From positions 12,092,001 through 12,156,000 of the forward strand of contig NC_045696.1 in NCBI RefSeq assembly GCF_009834535.1: a DNA stretch of 64,000 nucleotides, read 5' to 3'. The notes under the pieces are model-generated. The model did no database searches. It was not told the origin of the DNA and worked only from the letters and a program-made list of their open reading frames with translations. Both the position numbers and the translations under genes were made by a program. This stretch comes from Camelus ferus. Taxonomy: Eukaryota. This document shows, piece by piece, positions 11,771 to 24,412 of this stretch (the first letter of the stretch is position 1; each line of letters begins with the position of its first letter).

Positions 11771-13172
11771 CCCTCTTGTTTAACCAGTCATAATAAACCT
11801 GGAAATTCTTAAAAAAAAAAAAAACCTACAAAACTTGCAGATGTTTTTAGTTTTTCAGTCTTTTCTTCTTTTTTTCCATTCTATTACCTCCTCTAACATC
11901 TAACTGAGTCTTCTCCAAGAGAAAACTTAAAAAACAGCAGTTACTTTTCCCAGTGGAAATTTTGTATCTGCAATTCAAATATGATGACACCAAACTCTCT
12001 CACCTAAAAAATGGAACAGTTGGCTTCCCAGAAGTCAGCCTCCGACGCGGAGAAAAGCCTTCTCGTTCCATTGCCTTCCCACCCATGATGTTCCTGGGAG
12101 TATTTTATGATAGAAAGTTGATGTCAAGGATTTTGAAAGCTAAGTAAGAAAAGCTGGCCCGCGGGTGTTACTTGGTGAAGCTGGGACGTGAAAAGTTCTC
12201 TGTGGGATCATTTTTCTGCAGAATCAGAGGCAAGATGTGCAGATGCCTGAGGGGCTGCGTGGCCTCACATTTTGAGGTTCATCCTTTGTGCCCTTCGGTC
12301 ACTCCCTTCTACAAGTCTGTTTTTCCACATTAGTCTAGAAAATAAGAATCAGACTCCTCTTCTCTTCTTCCCTAACCTCTCCCGTTCTCAAGCTGCTGGA
12401 ATGTTCTTCTCATGTCAGGTGGAACTGCCCCGGGTTGGTCACGGCTTCCTGTTCTCTGAGGTCGGATCAGGCTGCTTCACGGCTGCTGCTCTGGGTCCCA
12501 AAATTTGGCAAGTCCTCAGTGCACTTTGCAAAAGTAGCAGAACCTTTGGAGACCTTCAAAAGATCATTTACCCTGAGGTCCTAATCTAGATTCAAAAAGG
12601 CGGGGGTGGCAAAAATGATTGCATTTGGTTCTATAAACTGTCGTCTCTAAATGTGTTTGCAATGGGATAACTGTCAGGGGTTGTAGCCGGAGGAAACTTG
12701 CATTTTGGTTTTGTAGAAATGATTGTTGGACACTGCTGTGTCACACGTGTACCCTGTCACATGAGCATGTACAAAACAGAGATTGCTGTAATCAGGGAGC
12801 ATTTCCATCTTTTCCCCTCGAAATTATAGGACGATAGCTTTAGCATTTAGAATTAGCATTTGCGAGGAGAAATCGGCAGATGCCAAGAGCACATAGATTC
12901 CAGAAGGAGTAAATTTGTTTCATTGGTGTATTCAGGACCAGAGAGGTGTGCCGTGACATCCGAGTCCAAGTCTAGAATCTTCTGACACCGAAGCCCACCG
13001 TGATCACCCGCTGATCCCTTTGAGCACTGCAGCCTGGCTGCAGCAGCACCTGTAACAAGAGCGCTCCATGTGCCCTTTAGAAGCAGGCCTCCAAAAAGCT
13101 GTGATCTGATTCGATGCTGCCACTGCTTTTATGTGTGTGCAAAATTAAACATTTTCCATCTCGCCTTGGCAG

Positions 13173-13397
13173 GCCTGAAAGCGGGAGACGAGATTCTCGA
13201 GATCAATCATCGCGCTGCCGGCACCCTGAACTCAGCCGTGCTCAAAGAGTTCCTCACGCAGCCGTCCCTGGGCCTTCTGGTGAGGACCCACCCCGAGCTG
13301 GAGGCGGGAGCCGAGCTGCTGGAGAGCCCACCCCACCGGCTGGACGGGCCCGCCGACCTCAGCGAGAGCCCCCTCGCCTTTCTCACCAGCAACACAG
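13173..13397 (+). CDS. TIAM1: TIAM1 coding exon (phase 1 to 1), C-terminal half of PDZ plus linker: (G)LKAGDEILEINHRAAGTLNSAVLKEFLTQPSLGLLVRTHPELEAG...AFLTSNT(G)
   Basis: Acceptor catctcgccttggcag and donor CAG|gtacgg. 225 nt, contained in ORF-track entry 13070..13666, with the classic PDZ GLxxGDxILxIN motif. Confidence 0.96.
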
Positions 13398-14875
13398 GTA
13401 CGGCTGGACACGGGGCTGCCCCCGGGCTGGGCCCAGGTCTGCAGGCACCCGGGCAGCCGCCCAGGCCACTTGCCTGTTTCCGTGGGCTTCCTGCGTCTGG
13501 CTATGGGAGTAAGCTGAGCCGGTTACTGAGCTTCTTGTGGAATGGCAAAGGGGTTGGGAAATTTTGTGCTGGTGGAAATTGCTGTTTTGCTGTAGATCCA
13601 CCTGTCATGTGGACGTCTTTGTCATGCTGCTGCTGTTTCTCATCTGGGAGAAAGATAGATGGATAGAGGCCACTGTCCCTTGGCTATGGACAGAGATTTC
13701 GAGACACAGGTGTGCCAGGAATCACTTAAGATGCTGGGGTTCTTGGTCTTACCCTTGCCTTCCACATCACCAAAACCAGCCGACCCTACTTTTCCTTGCG
13801 TAAGAGGAGGATGGGAGGTGAGATGCCCAGAGCAGAAATGTGCCCCAGAGCTGGTGTTTGGTTTACTTTTCTCTTGGGCTCCTCTGCCCTAGTGTCTGAA
13901 CGTGAGCCCGTCGGCGGAAACCCCTGCCCTGCCCCATCTGCTGCTTTTCCTGTTTACATCCTTTCCTCCTGCTCCCTCTAAAAGCAGCTCCTTCTAAGCA
14001 GCAGCTTGAATGCTACCTGCCCTGGGAGGCCTTCCCGGGACCCCACTGAGCTCCATCCTCCATCCTCGTCATGCGGGCCCTGCTCCGGTTGACTGTTCGT
14101 CCTTGCTTGTGTCTCTCCTGAATTTGTTTCCTGGGACTGCGCTCAGGTCTTACACAGGCACCCAGTCTTGTTCAGCAGGAGGATTAGGAACTGAGCCCAC
14201 TCGTGAATAGCGTATTGCCGTCTCTTATCCTCACTATGCCCTGCTTCTAGAGTTGGCGTTGATTTAGCTCGTTGGGGTTTGAGATTTATCTTCTTTTTAA
14301 AACTTGGGTTGAAAAAAAAAGTCTTCAGTTTCAACATCTGAGCGTAGGTACCTGGAGTATTCTTGTTTTTCAGCGTCCCTTCTGAAGCTTGGCTCGGTAA
14401 GAATGGATCACAAGCAGATGCCTTGTGACAGTTTATCTTTTTTTTGGTGGCCCCCTGGAAGAATTCAACAAGTTGAGGCTTCAGAGAATCGATCACACTT
14501 CGTTACTATTGACTTTTGACTCATTTTGTTGTTGCAATACCCACATGCCCGTCACATATTTGGAAGACGACTCCAGTGAGCTGTGTTCCCTTAAAAACAG
14601 GGAATGGGTACTGTGAAGGCTCTTCTTTTATGTCACCACAAGGTGGCAGGCTCGATCCCATAAAACTCAGTTCACATTTATTTCTGTAAAATGACTTTGA
14701 TTGAAGCAAAGTCTTAGATTAGGTTATTTAAAGGATTTTATAAGGTCTAGTTGTTTATGCTTCAAATGACAGTGTGTGCTTACCCCCAAAACAAAACAAA
14801 ACAGTGTGCGCTCAACCTTTTTTGGATCCCCCCCCCCCCGCCCCCCAGCCCTTCCTGTGGGTTATGGATAAGAAG

Positions 14876-15085
14876 CAGGGGTTGGCAAACTAAGACCCAC
14901 CAGCCAAATCCAGCCCATGGCCTGTTTTTGTAAATAAAGCTTTATTGGAGCACAGTCACACCCTTTCATTTATGTTTTGTCTCTGGCTACTGCCCCATTG
15001 CAATGGCAGAGCTGAGGAGTTATGACTGGGACGCATGGTCTGCAAAGATGAAAATGTTTACTCTCTAGCCCTTTACAGACCCCTG
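14876..15085. mobile_element. hAT-Charlie MITE (MER58-like)
   Basis: Termini caggggttggcaaac ... gacccctg, internal gcctgtttttgtaaataaagctttattgga. A second copy lies at ~38011. Confidence 0.8.
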
Positions 15086-16419
15086 ATAGAAAGTGTGATT
15101 GAAATTGCTCACGATTTGTTCCTTTAAAGACAATCACTGTATTGGTGTATTTCTTCTTTTTTTAAAAAAAGATTTTTGTGTGTGTATGTGTACAGCTGGC
15201 ACATTTTTAAGGCTTTTTATTAATTTTTTTAATTTAAAAATGTGTTTGTACATAGGTGTCTGTGTTAGAAATATGGGAGTACAGCCCTGTTCTGTCAGCA
15301 GCCGACCTTACATCCTACTGTGTGTGTCTCCTGCAGATTACACACCTTTGAAATCTGCGTGGCACATCCACTGAACCTACTGTTGCTTAAAGCACATTTA
15401 AACTTTTATTTTGGAATCATCCTTAGAAGACTGATTTATTTATTTACATCACAACTTGAAGCTGACATTCCTTAAGTATTTACTCTGTGCTAGGCTTTGA
15501 GCTGGATGCTGCGGGTTATCATGGTGACTGTGACATGATTCCATCCTCCAACTTACATTTTAGTGGTGGAGTCTTCTGTTTTTTAATTGCTTCACTGTTT
15601 AATATTGTGCAGTGATCAAAAACCCTTCAGAACAAATCTTGCTCAGTCAAGTTCGTTAATCAAACTGGTTTAAGAATACAGCCTGGAAGTCAAGCCACAG
15701 CGTAGGTTTTCTGTAAGGTTGCTAAGTTGGTTTCAACGTGAATAAGTTCCAGCAGAATTCGCAAATGCTCTAGGCGGCAGCAGCAGCCCGGTCAGATTGG
15801 CTGGAGGGAGAGCAGGCACTCGGGCTCCCCTCCTGGGCCGCGGCCTCTCTGCCTTCTGGTTGCTACCACTTCCTGGTCCCCGTTGAACAGTGAAAGATGA
15901 AAGGGGATGCAAGTAAACAGGATAAAATAACCTGGAAGATGATTCCATAATGAGACAGAGATAAAGCAGGTTGCACCGACAGCTGCAGTGAAAATAGAAA
16001 ACAACTGAGAAAATGTGTACAACGGGCAGGCTGGACGAGAGCCTTAGCCTAAATATAGAGGTAACTACAAAGGAGAAGCATCTCAAGTGACAGATTTGAG
16101 GGTTGATGCAGGGGATCATCTTAGGGTGGTCATAGAGGGTATTAGGCAACCTTGACGGAGGATCGTGTGGTGACCACGTGCACCCGGCTGGTGCCTGTCT
16201 GCAGGAGGCTGGCCCTGAGGCTTGCCCCATCTTACAAGTCCAAGCGTGCGAGCTTGCGCCGATCCTGCCCTGAGAACCCTGATTGAAATATGTGATTAGC
16301 TATTGGAGCTGAATTATTTCCCAACACTTTTTCATGAAAAGGTTTGTTTCTACTCTGTAGAAGCACCACTGCCCAGTGGCTGAGAGTGGGCTCTGGAACC
16401 AGGTTCCTTGGCAGTGAGT

Positions 16420-16905
16420 TTGTTTTTGGTTGTTTCTTTTTTGGTTTTTTTTTTTTTTAGTTTTTTATTGATGTATAGTTGATTTACAATGTTAGTTTCA
16501 GGTGTACAGCGAAGTGATTCGGTTATACATATATACGTATACATGTATGTTTTTTCTTTTCAGATTCTTTTTCATTACAGGTTATTACAAGAAATTGAAT
16601 CTAGTTCCCTGTGCTGTACAGTAGGTCCTTGTTGTTTATCTATTTTATGTATAGTAATGTGTGTCTGTTAATCCCCAACCCCTAATTTATCCCTCCCTGC
16701 CCTTTCCCCTTCCTAGGAAGCATAGCTTGTTTTCTCTGTGAGTCTGTTTTTGGTTTGTAAATAGAATTTGTATTTTTTTTTTTTTTTTTAGATTCCACAT
16801 GTAAGTGATAACATAAATTTGTCTTTCTCTGTCTGACTTAATTCACTTAGGATGATAATCCATCCATGTTGCTGCGAAGGCAGTATTTTATTCTTTTTTA
16901 TGGCT
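16420..16905 (-). mobile_element. L1 3' end inserted into a MIR
   Basis: Poly-T followed by ttgatgtatagttgatttacaatgttagtttcaggtgtacagc. MIR-like text lies on both sides (~16370-16415 and ~16920-17100). Confidence 0.8.
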
Positions 16906-17960
16906 GAGAGTCCTGTTTTTCAGTTTATTAGCTTCATGACTTTGAACAGATTATGCTTAATCTCTCTGTGTCCCATTTCTCGAGCATAAAATGGGGATAA
17001 TACCTGGCTACTCTCAAGCTAGGTGGTTGTGAGGAGTAATTGAGTTATAAAAGTAAAGTATTTAGAATAGGTCCTAGGAGGCGCTCGGTAAATGTCAGGC
17101 ATCTAATGCACAGCCTGCCTTGGGGACGGGAAGGTCCTCTGGTTTGTAACTCAGTTTGGATCTCCTCACTGCCCTCTACGCCACCTCAATCTGCGCCAGG
17201 CAGATTGTCTGATAACTAAGTCTATGAAGTATACTTAAAACAGTTTCCTTTCCCAGGTGGGAAGAAGTGAGTTCTGCAGTCTAGAAGGCTGAGACCCTGG
17301 GGGCCTTTTCAGAGATCCCAGTTCTCTTGGTCTGGGGTCAGGCCTGGGTGTGCACATGTTGGGTGGCTGCTTAAAAATCCTTAGGTGATTCTAATGTGCA
17401 GCTAAGGTTGGAGGCTTGGTCATTGACCCTCTTTTTTCGTCCTGGTGGAATGGTGAGATGGTTGGAGTGTTATGGTCACACACAAACCATCTACAGCGAG
17501 ATTTGTGGATAACACTTTGTGCTTTGCTTCACTGAGGTTTTTGTGATGAAAAGCTGTTAGGTGATCTGGAGTTCCTTCTCCATCCTCTTCCTCTGTATGA
17601 GAAGGAAGCATGGTGACTGGGTTGCTGTGTTGGCTTAGAAAGAGGAGGAGACCCCACCCTAAGTGTTCTCTCCAAGACTCAGTTTCCCATTCTTGGCCAC
17701 CCTCCATCCATGAGTCCTTGTTAAAATCTGGGGCTACTTTCGTCCTTTTTTTCCCCAATAGTTGTTTTAGTTACATACTGGGAAGAAAATGAGGGAAGGA
17801 TGTGCATACACAAAGATCATTCCTTCAGTGGCTGTTACTGTAGAAAGAACCTTGAAGTCAAGGGGAAGCTGGAGTAGGAAGTTGCAAAACTCTGCTTCTG
17901 TGAAGTCTCCAAAAAGCCTGTCTAATGTTCCTGTGTGATTTATTTTGAATGCCGATCTCA

Positions 17961-18159
17961 TCTGGTGCTACTAACTTTTGGTCCAGATAATTCTTTGCTG
18001 TGGGGGCTGTCCTGTGCATCAATGTCAGAGCAGTATTCCTGCAGACCCCTCTAAGCTGGTCGTCGGAACCCCTCCCCCAAGCTGTGTCCATCAAAAATAA
18101 CCTTCAGACATCGCCCAGTGTCCCCTGAGGGGCAGAATCTTCCCTGGTTTAAGCCACTG
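17961..18159. mobile_element. hAT MITE (MER20-like)
   Basis: ccagataattctttgctgtgggggctgtcctgtgcat...cagacatcgcccagtgtcccctgaggggcagaatc matches recalled MER20. Confidence 0.75.
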
Positions 18160-20243
18160 GCCTGGTTTATTAGAGTGAATGCCCCCACCACCCAGTTAGG
18201 GAAATATTACGGTGAACAAACATCAATATAGGAAAGCAATTCTAGATCTAAAATAATTTAAAAAATAAAAGTTTTATAAAATAAAACCCCCAATTTTATG
18301 CCAGTGAGAAGAATCATAATTCCAGTGGCATCCCTGGGGTCTTTCCAAGGCTTCAGAACACCTGCTTGTCTCCCTCATTTTAAGTCGTCATTAAGGTTCA
18401 TGTGCATTTGACTTCTGTGGTGGAGACGGCTCTGTTTCACCTTCCCTAAAATTCAACTTGACCAGTTGGGGTGAAGCAGGTGCCTTTGGTTAGCTCAGCA
18501 GTTAGTTCACGGTATTACAAGGAAAGCTCAGTGAACTGAGGTTGCCTCTGATTTGCAAAGTGGTCCTTCCAGAAGTCAAGCTGGGAGAGCAAAGTGGCCG
18601 TGGCTCACACCAGCCCGTATGCGTTAAAGACAATTAGACCAGCCTTGGGTTTGGAGAGCCAGCCCACATCTGTCTGATGCCGAGTGGAGGATTGCGGTGT
18701 GTAGTGAGTACAGCTCGCCCTCCGGCATGAAGTCAGTTCAGCAGTGTGGGTTGTGTGTAACAGGACAGGCTTCTGTGACCACCAGGAGAGTCTAGGCATC
18801 TTGGTCAGAGTGAGGAGTCCTTAAGCCCTTAAGCTCTCAACAGCCTTTGATTTTTGCAGTACCGGCTTCCCTGCGGCGCCCTGGGAAATGCAGGGCTCTG
18901 TTTCGGGCTGATGTTCCCTGCAGATGGTCTGGAGCTCCGTTCTGCAAACAGCAGACAACTAGGCAGCAGGGAGGAGCAGCAAAGAAGGAGGAACCGCACA
19001 GATTTATCTTCCTGCAAACAAATATGGTCCCTTTCTCCAGATTGTCTGGGGTCTCCCAGATACCCGCGGCATGCGGTCTTCTGTTTGTCGATAAAACTTG
19101 GAGCCGTGTGTGTTTTGTAAACTGTCTGTGCAAGATGCTTATTGTCACACAGCACATGGCCTGCTTCCGCCCGCCCTGCTGGGAAGATCCCAGCGCCTTG
19201 TTCTGATTTCCAGCTGGATTTGATTAATGACATCCATCAACTCCTGTGCGTGAGAAAAAAACACTGTTTCAGAGGTTGAGCCTCCATTTGTGTATTTTAA
19301 AGAACGTGCGTGGATTAGGTACTATCTGACTTTCACAGCAGGCCGACGGGATCAGGAAAAACTACCTACAGTTTTTATGGATTAAAAATTTTTTCTCTGT
19401 AGGGAAACAGACGCTGGGGTTTTGTGAAATTTGGTTGGAAAGAAGTTATTATTTGTCTACCAAGTTAAAGTTGTAGTGTTTTTCCTTTTTTAAAAATAGT
19501 GTTTTTTTAGCTCTCCACAAACAATTTTTTTTCCTTTATAATTGTTTTGATTTTGGTTTTTTAGCTTGGGGGAGGGTCGAGTTTTTATGTGATCTTAAAT
19601 ATTATGAGTGTTTCTGTGGAATTCTTATACTCACATGACAGTAAACTGGCTGAAAAGCAAAATAAACTAGTCTGATAATTGGATTCCAGCTAAATGTCTT
19701 GATTGGCCATATCTAATCTGTTTTTGCTCCCTTCCCCTTAAACGTTTGTTTTTTTTCACTCAGGGATTTAAACTCAGGTGTTAATAAGGACTTTTAAAAA
19801 AATTAATTATAACTGGTTCCTTTTTGGAAATGTTTGAGTTGGAAATTCTGCTAGTTTAACATACATTGTTAATATATCTGATAAGACTAAATAATTGTTT
19901 TTTCTTCCTCCATTAAATTTAAGTCCCAAATGGGCTTGGATGGAGCCTGAGTGAATGCACCTTATCCAAGTAAATCACAGATAAATCAAAACATAAGCTT
20001 GTATTCATGTGTTTGTACATTGTTGTCTATCCAGCTAATGGCAAGTGGGACGTACTTCTGCAAAGGGTTCCTCAGTCCCCAAAGCAGTATCATGATGTGA
20101 GGAGCATTTTAAGAAGCAGAGGAAAGATCACACCTCCTCACAGCAATGACTGTTATTTATGGCAGCTTTGAGATCGCCTGTCGCTCCTGTCCTGCTGGGC
20201 CTCAGCCCCGCTTCCTCGTTTTCTGAGGCTGCCCAGCCCCCTG

Positions 20244-20825
20244 CTTTTTTTTAAAATTAAGGTGTAATTGAATATGATGTTATATTAGTTTCAGGTGTAC
20301 AACATGATTTGCTATTTGTGTATATTGTGAAATGAACACAATAAATCTGATTAACGTCTGTCACCACATATAGTTAAAATTTGTGTGTGTGATGAAAACT
20401 TTCAAGATTTATTTTCTTAGCAACTTGCCATTTTTTAAAAATTTAAAATTTTTAAATTTTTTAATTGAAGTGTAATCAGTTTACAATGTTGCATCAACTT
20501 CTTAGCCATTTTCAAATACACGATATAGTGTAAATATAGTCACCATGCCATATGCTGCATCTCCGTGACTTATTCCTTTTATAACTTGAAATTTGTACCT
20601 TTCGACCCCCTTCAGCCATTTCACCCACCTGCCTCCCACCCTCCACCCATCTGTTCTTATGAGTTCAGTTTTTGGTTTGTTTTCTCAGATTCCGTGTTAA
20701 GTGAGATCATGGGGCGCTTGCCTTTTCCTGTCTTTTCCTTGCCTTTTCACTTGGCATAATGCCCTCAAGGTCCATCCATTTTGTTGCAAATGGTAAGATC
20801 TCCTTTGTTTTTATGGCTGAATAAC
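20244..20825 (-). mobile_element. L1 3' UTR remnant with a short nested L1 tail
   Basis: tatattagtttcaggtgtacaacatgatt...aggtccatccattttgttgcaaatgg, with a second tail (ttgaagtgtaatcagtttacaatg) at ~20430-20495. Confidence 0.75.
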
Positions 20826-21369
20826 AGACTCCGTTCATCCTTTGTCTCCTTCGTTCTGGCCCCGCTCCCTCTCCGAGCTGCCGGGTGGTTACTGGGCACC
20901 TCCTCTTTGCCAGGTGGTGTGCTAAGTGCTAGGCTTAGAGTGGAGAGGTGGGACCGGCAGCTCCCCTGCTCAGATACTTCTCCAACCACCTCCCAGCCTT
21001 GTCTTTGGCTTTCTTGGGCCATCTGTGTGTGTACTGGTGAGTAAATGGGGACAGCTACCTCCACCACAAAGATTATTCCTTCAGTATCTGTTGTTGGAGG
21101 AAAGTCTCTTGAAGTGAAGGAAGCTTGAAGTTAAGGAAAATAAAATTGTGTTTGTATGGGGTTGCCAAGAAAGTTGACGGTGTTGTTATATATGCTTCTT
21201 AAGCTGGGAAGTATGCTGAGCAGGCCTTGGAGTACAGGAGCAAGAACAAGACTTCTCCTGATTGGGTTCCCTGTTCCTGTCATGCTGGTGTCTCTCTTCA
21301 GCTCTCTTGAAGGGCATCATTCTCAATTCCTGCCTCTCTGGCTTTCTCTGATCACTGTATTCCCCCTAA

Positions 21370-21820
21370 CCATGTATTGGTTATCTACTGCTGCGTAACA
21401 AACCACTCGAAACACCATTTAATTTGCTCACTGTCTATGCTCAGCAGTTTGGGTTGGGCTCAACTGAGTGGCTGTTCTGCTGTCCTTGTCTCAATCACTC
21501 ATGTCACCTGGGTGTGACTGGGGCTGGTTTAAATGGCCTCACTCACATATTTCATGACTGGTTGGCTGGACCCCTTTCTCCTTGAGGTCTCTTATCCTCA
21601 AGAAGGGTTTCATTGCAAGGTGGGTTCCTGGAAGGGCCAGACCAGAAACTGCAAGGCCACTTGAATGAAGCGTTAGGTCAGAATTCACATATCTCCACTT
21701 GTGGCCAAAGCAAGTTACAAAGTCAGCCCAAATTCATGGGGTAGGGAAATAGACACACAGATCTGTGCTTAAAGGGGTGGGAGGAAACATCACTGTCATC
21801 TTTGCCAACCGCTTTCACAG
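21370..21820 (-). mobile_element. Old MaLR LTR (MLT1-like)
   Basis: tgtattggttatctactgctgcgtaacaaaccac...ggccaaagcaagttacaaagtcagccca. Confidence 0.65.
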
Positions 21821-21939
21821 CTGCATTGCTCTTTCCCTTTCTCTCCTATTTTATTAATTTTTACCATCAATTAAGGGCAGAAGCATGGCTAACAGGGTAA
21901 GAAAGAATATATACTTTAGAATCAGATATACCCACAGTT

Positions 21940-23650
21940 ATTGGTTCATAGGTTTTCTTTTATATTCTAGATATTAATATTTTTGCCAGTTATGTGTGTT
22001 GCATATAACTTTTCTCAGTCTAGAATGTGTCTTGTTGTATTTAGGGTGCCCCTGGATCAAGAAAGTTTTCAATTTTAGTAAAATCTGATTTTCTATCTCA
22101 CATGGTTTGTGCTTTTTCTATCTTGTTTAAGAAATTCTTCTCTCTCCCCTGAGTAACATGCATTTTCTTCGATACTTCTTGCTGAAAGATTTATAGTTTG
22201 GACCTTTCACTCTCTGGTTTATACCTCCCTGGTATTGATTTTTGTGAATGGTGTGAGTTAGGGTCCAACATTTTATTTTCCCATGTGGGTAATCTGCTGC
22301 CCCAGCCACGTTGTCAGATGTTCCATTCTTTTCCCCCAGATCGGCAATGACACATCTGCTGTACATGATACTTCCATACACGGGTGGGGCTGCTTCTGGG
22401 ACTCCGTTCTGTCAGCCTGTCTTCCTGCTAATTCTGCCCTGCTTTATATTACTGCAACTTTGAATACATTTTGATATCTGTTAGAGAAAGTATCCCAATC
22501 TTGTTTGCCTTCTCTAAAACTGTCTTTGGTGTTATTGGCCTTTTGCTCTTTCATAACAATTTTAGTTCCAAAAATAATGCTGCTGGTGTGGTCTGTCTGA
22601 ATTCAGATTCTTTGGTATTTGCTGAGATTTATATTATGGCTTCATACGTGGCCTGTTTGCATCAGTTGCTGATCCTGGGGCGGGGTATATTCACAAATCT
22701 TGTGAATAGGGTTTGACATAGATTCATGGATCAGGCTGAATAATTCGTGATGTTTACATCTTCTACACATTCTGACTAGATCTGTTTTGTCTGGCATTTG
22801 TAGAGCTTTCTTGACGTTTGCCTAAAATATTTTCCATCTCTTTACTTATAATCTTCTGTGTCTTTGTATTTAGGTCTGTTTCTTGCAAATAGCATATATG
22901 TGGGGCTTTGGATGACATTGCTTTGTTTTTTTATCTAAACATGAAGTTTAAATATCGAGTTTAGTCTACATTCCATTTACTTAGAAGAGCCATGTATTTT
23001 GGCTCATTTCTGTCATCATATTTTGCTGTCTTGGTGTTGTTTGTCCTTCCTGCCCTTTCCTGCCCTCTTGGGTTGAATTTCTAAATTCCACTTTCCCCTT
23101 TAAACTCACACAGTCAAATTCTGTTCTTTCAGTGGCTGCCTTTAAAATTTTAACATGATTCCTAACAAAACAAAGACCAAATTCTTTTTATTTTCCTCTT
23201 GAAACTTCAAAGGACCATGAAGTGATTTAAATACATTCGCCCCTACCATTGTTTTAGTTTCATCTTGTGTTTTTGTAACCTCCAAATGCCTTTTGGGGGA
23301 GTAAGTGGAGTGTTTTATACACTAAGACTTGCCTGTGTGTATATCAGCTCTTTATTTTATCATTTCACCTTATATACCAGTGTGTGTGTATATATGTGTG
23401 TGTGTGTATTTTTTTCCCACCTAAAGTCCATCCTTTAGAGATTATTTTTTAGTGAGGTTCTGTAGGTAGTAAACTTTCTCATTCTTTGTTAAATGATTTT
23501 TAATATATTCTTCTTGAATACTATGGCTTGAAGTACAATTCTATATTGATAATTGAATTGTCAGCATTTGAGGATTTCTGTGCTCTTGTGAAGTGATGTC
23601 TTCAGCTAAGTCTTCCAATCTTTCTTCCACCTTTATTCTTATCCATTGTG
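21940..23650 (-). mobile_element. Old, fragmented L1 (L1M-type)
   Basis: tatattctagatattaat..., tttaagaaattctt, gtctgtttcttgcaaatagcatat are antisense ORF2-like segments. Boundaries are uncertain. Confidence 0.6.
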
Positions 23651-24022
23651 TGTTTAATTTCAGTGGTTATAGTTCTCATCCCTAAAAATTTTAATTTACC
23701 TTTTTTTTTTGAAAAAGGGTCTCTTTTCTTGTTCCTTTTGAAACTCATGCTTACTTGACTTTATCCTATAATTGTGATGTTGTTCCTTGAGAATCTGGTC
23801 CTGCTGCTTGCTGTGGCTGCTGCTTCTCCCTCACCAGGACTTGGTTCTCCTTGTGTTTTGTAATAATGAATTACAGGTTCTTGTTTGACAGGCTCACCTC
23901 TGACCATTAATATGATACCATCACTAAGGGTGAATCCCACCCAAGCAGACTTGTTTTGGCTTCTGCCAGATGCCCTTGGAATGCAATTTTAGAATGACTT
24001 TAAGGCAGTTTTTCATCCTGAG

Positions 24023-24412
24023 TACCATGGACTGAATGTTTGTGTTCTGCCAAAATTCCTATGTTGAAGCCCTTACCCGATGTGAGGGTCATTAGGAGTC
24101 GGGGCTTTGGAGAGCTGGTTAGGTTTAGATGATGTTATGAGCATGGCACTTCCATAGTGGGATTAATGTCCTTATAAGAAGAGGAGGAGAGACCAGGGCT
24201 CAACTCCTGTCTCCTTGCACACACAAAGAGAGGTCACATGGGTACCCAGCCAGATGGCAGCCGTCTGCAAGCCAGGGAAAGTGCTCACCAAAAAGTGTCT
24301 GCTGGCACCTTGATCTTTGACTTCCAGCTTAAGAACTGAGAGAAGTAAGTGTCCCTTGTTTAAGCCACCGAGTCTGCAGTCTTTGTTACAGCAGCTCAAG
24401 CAGACTGAGACA
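24023..24412 (+). mobile_element. MaLR LTR (MLT1A-like)
   Basis: atggactgaatgtttgtg...cctatgttgaagcc...tgtttaagccaccgagtctgcagtctttgttacagcagctcaagcagactgagaca. Confidence 0.85.

Noticed and set aside
13070..13666. 198-aa ORF as a stand-alone gene
   Set aside because: Only 13173-13397 is TIAM1 coding sequence bounded by splice sites. The rest is intronic read-through.
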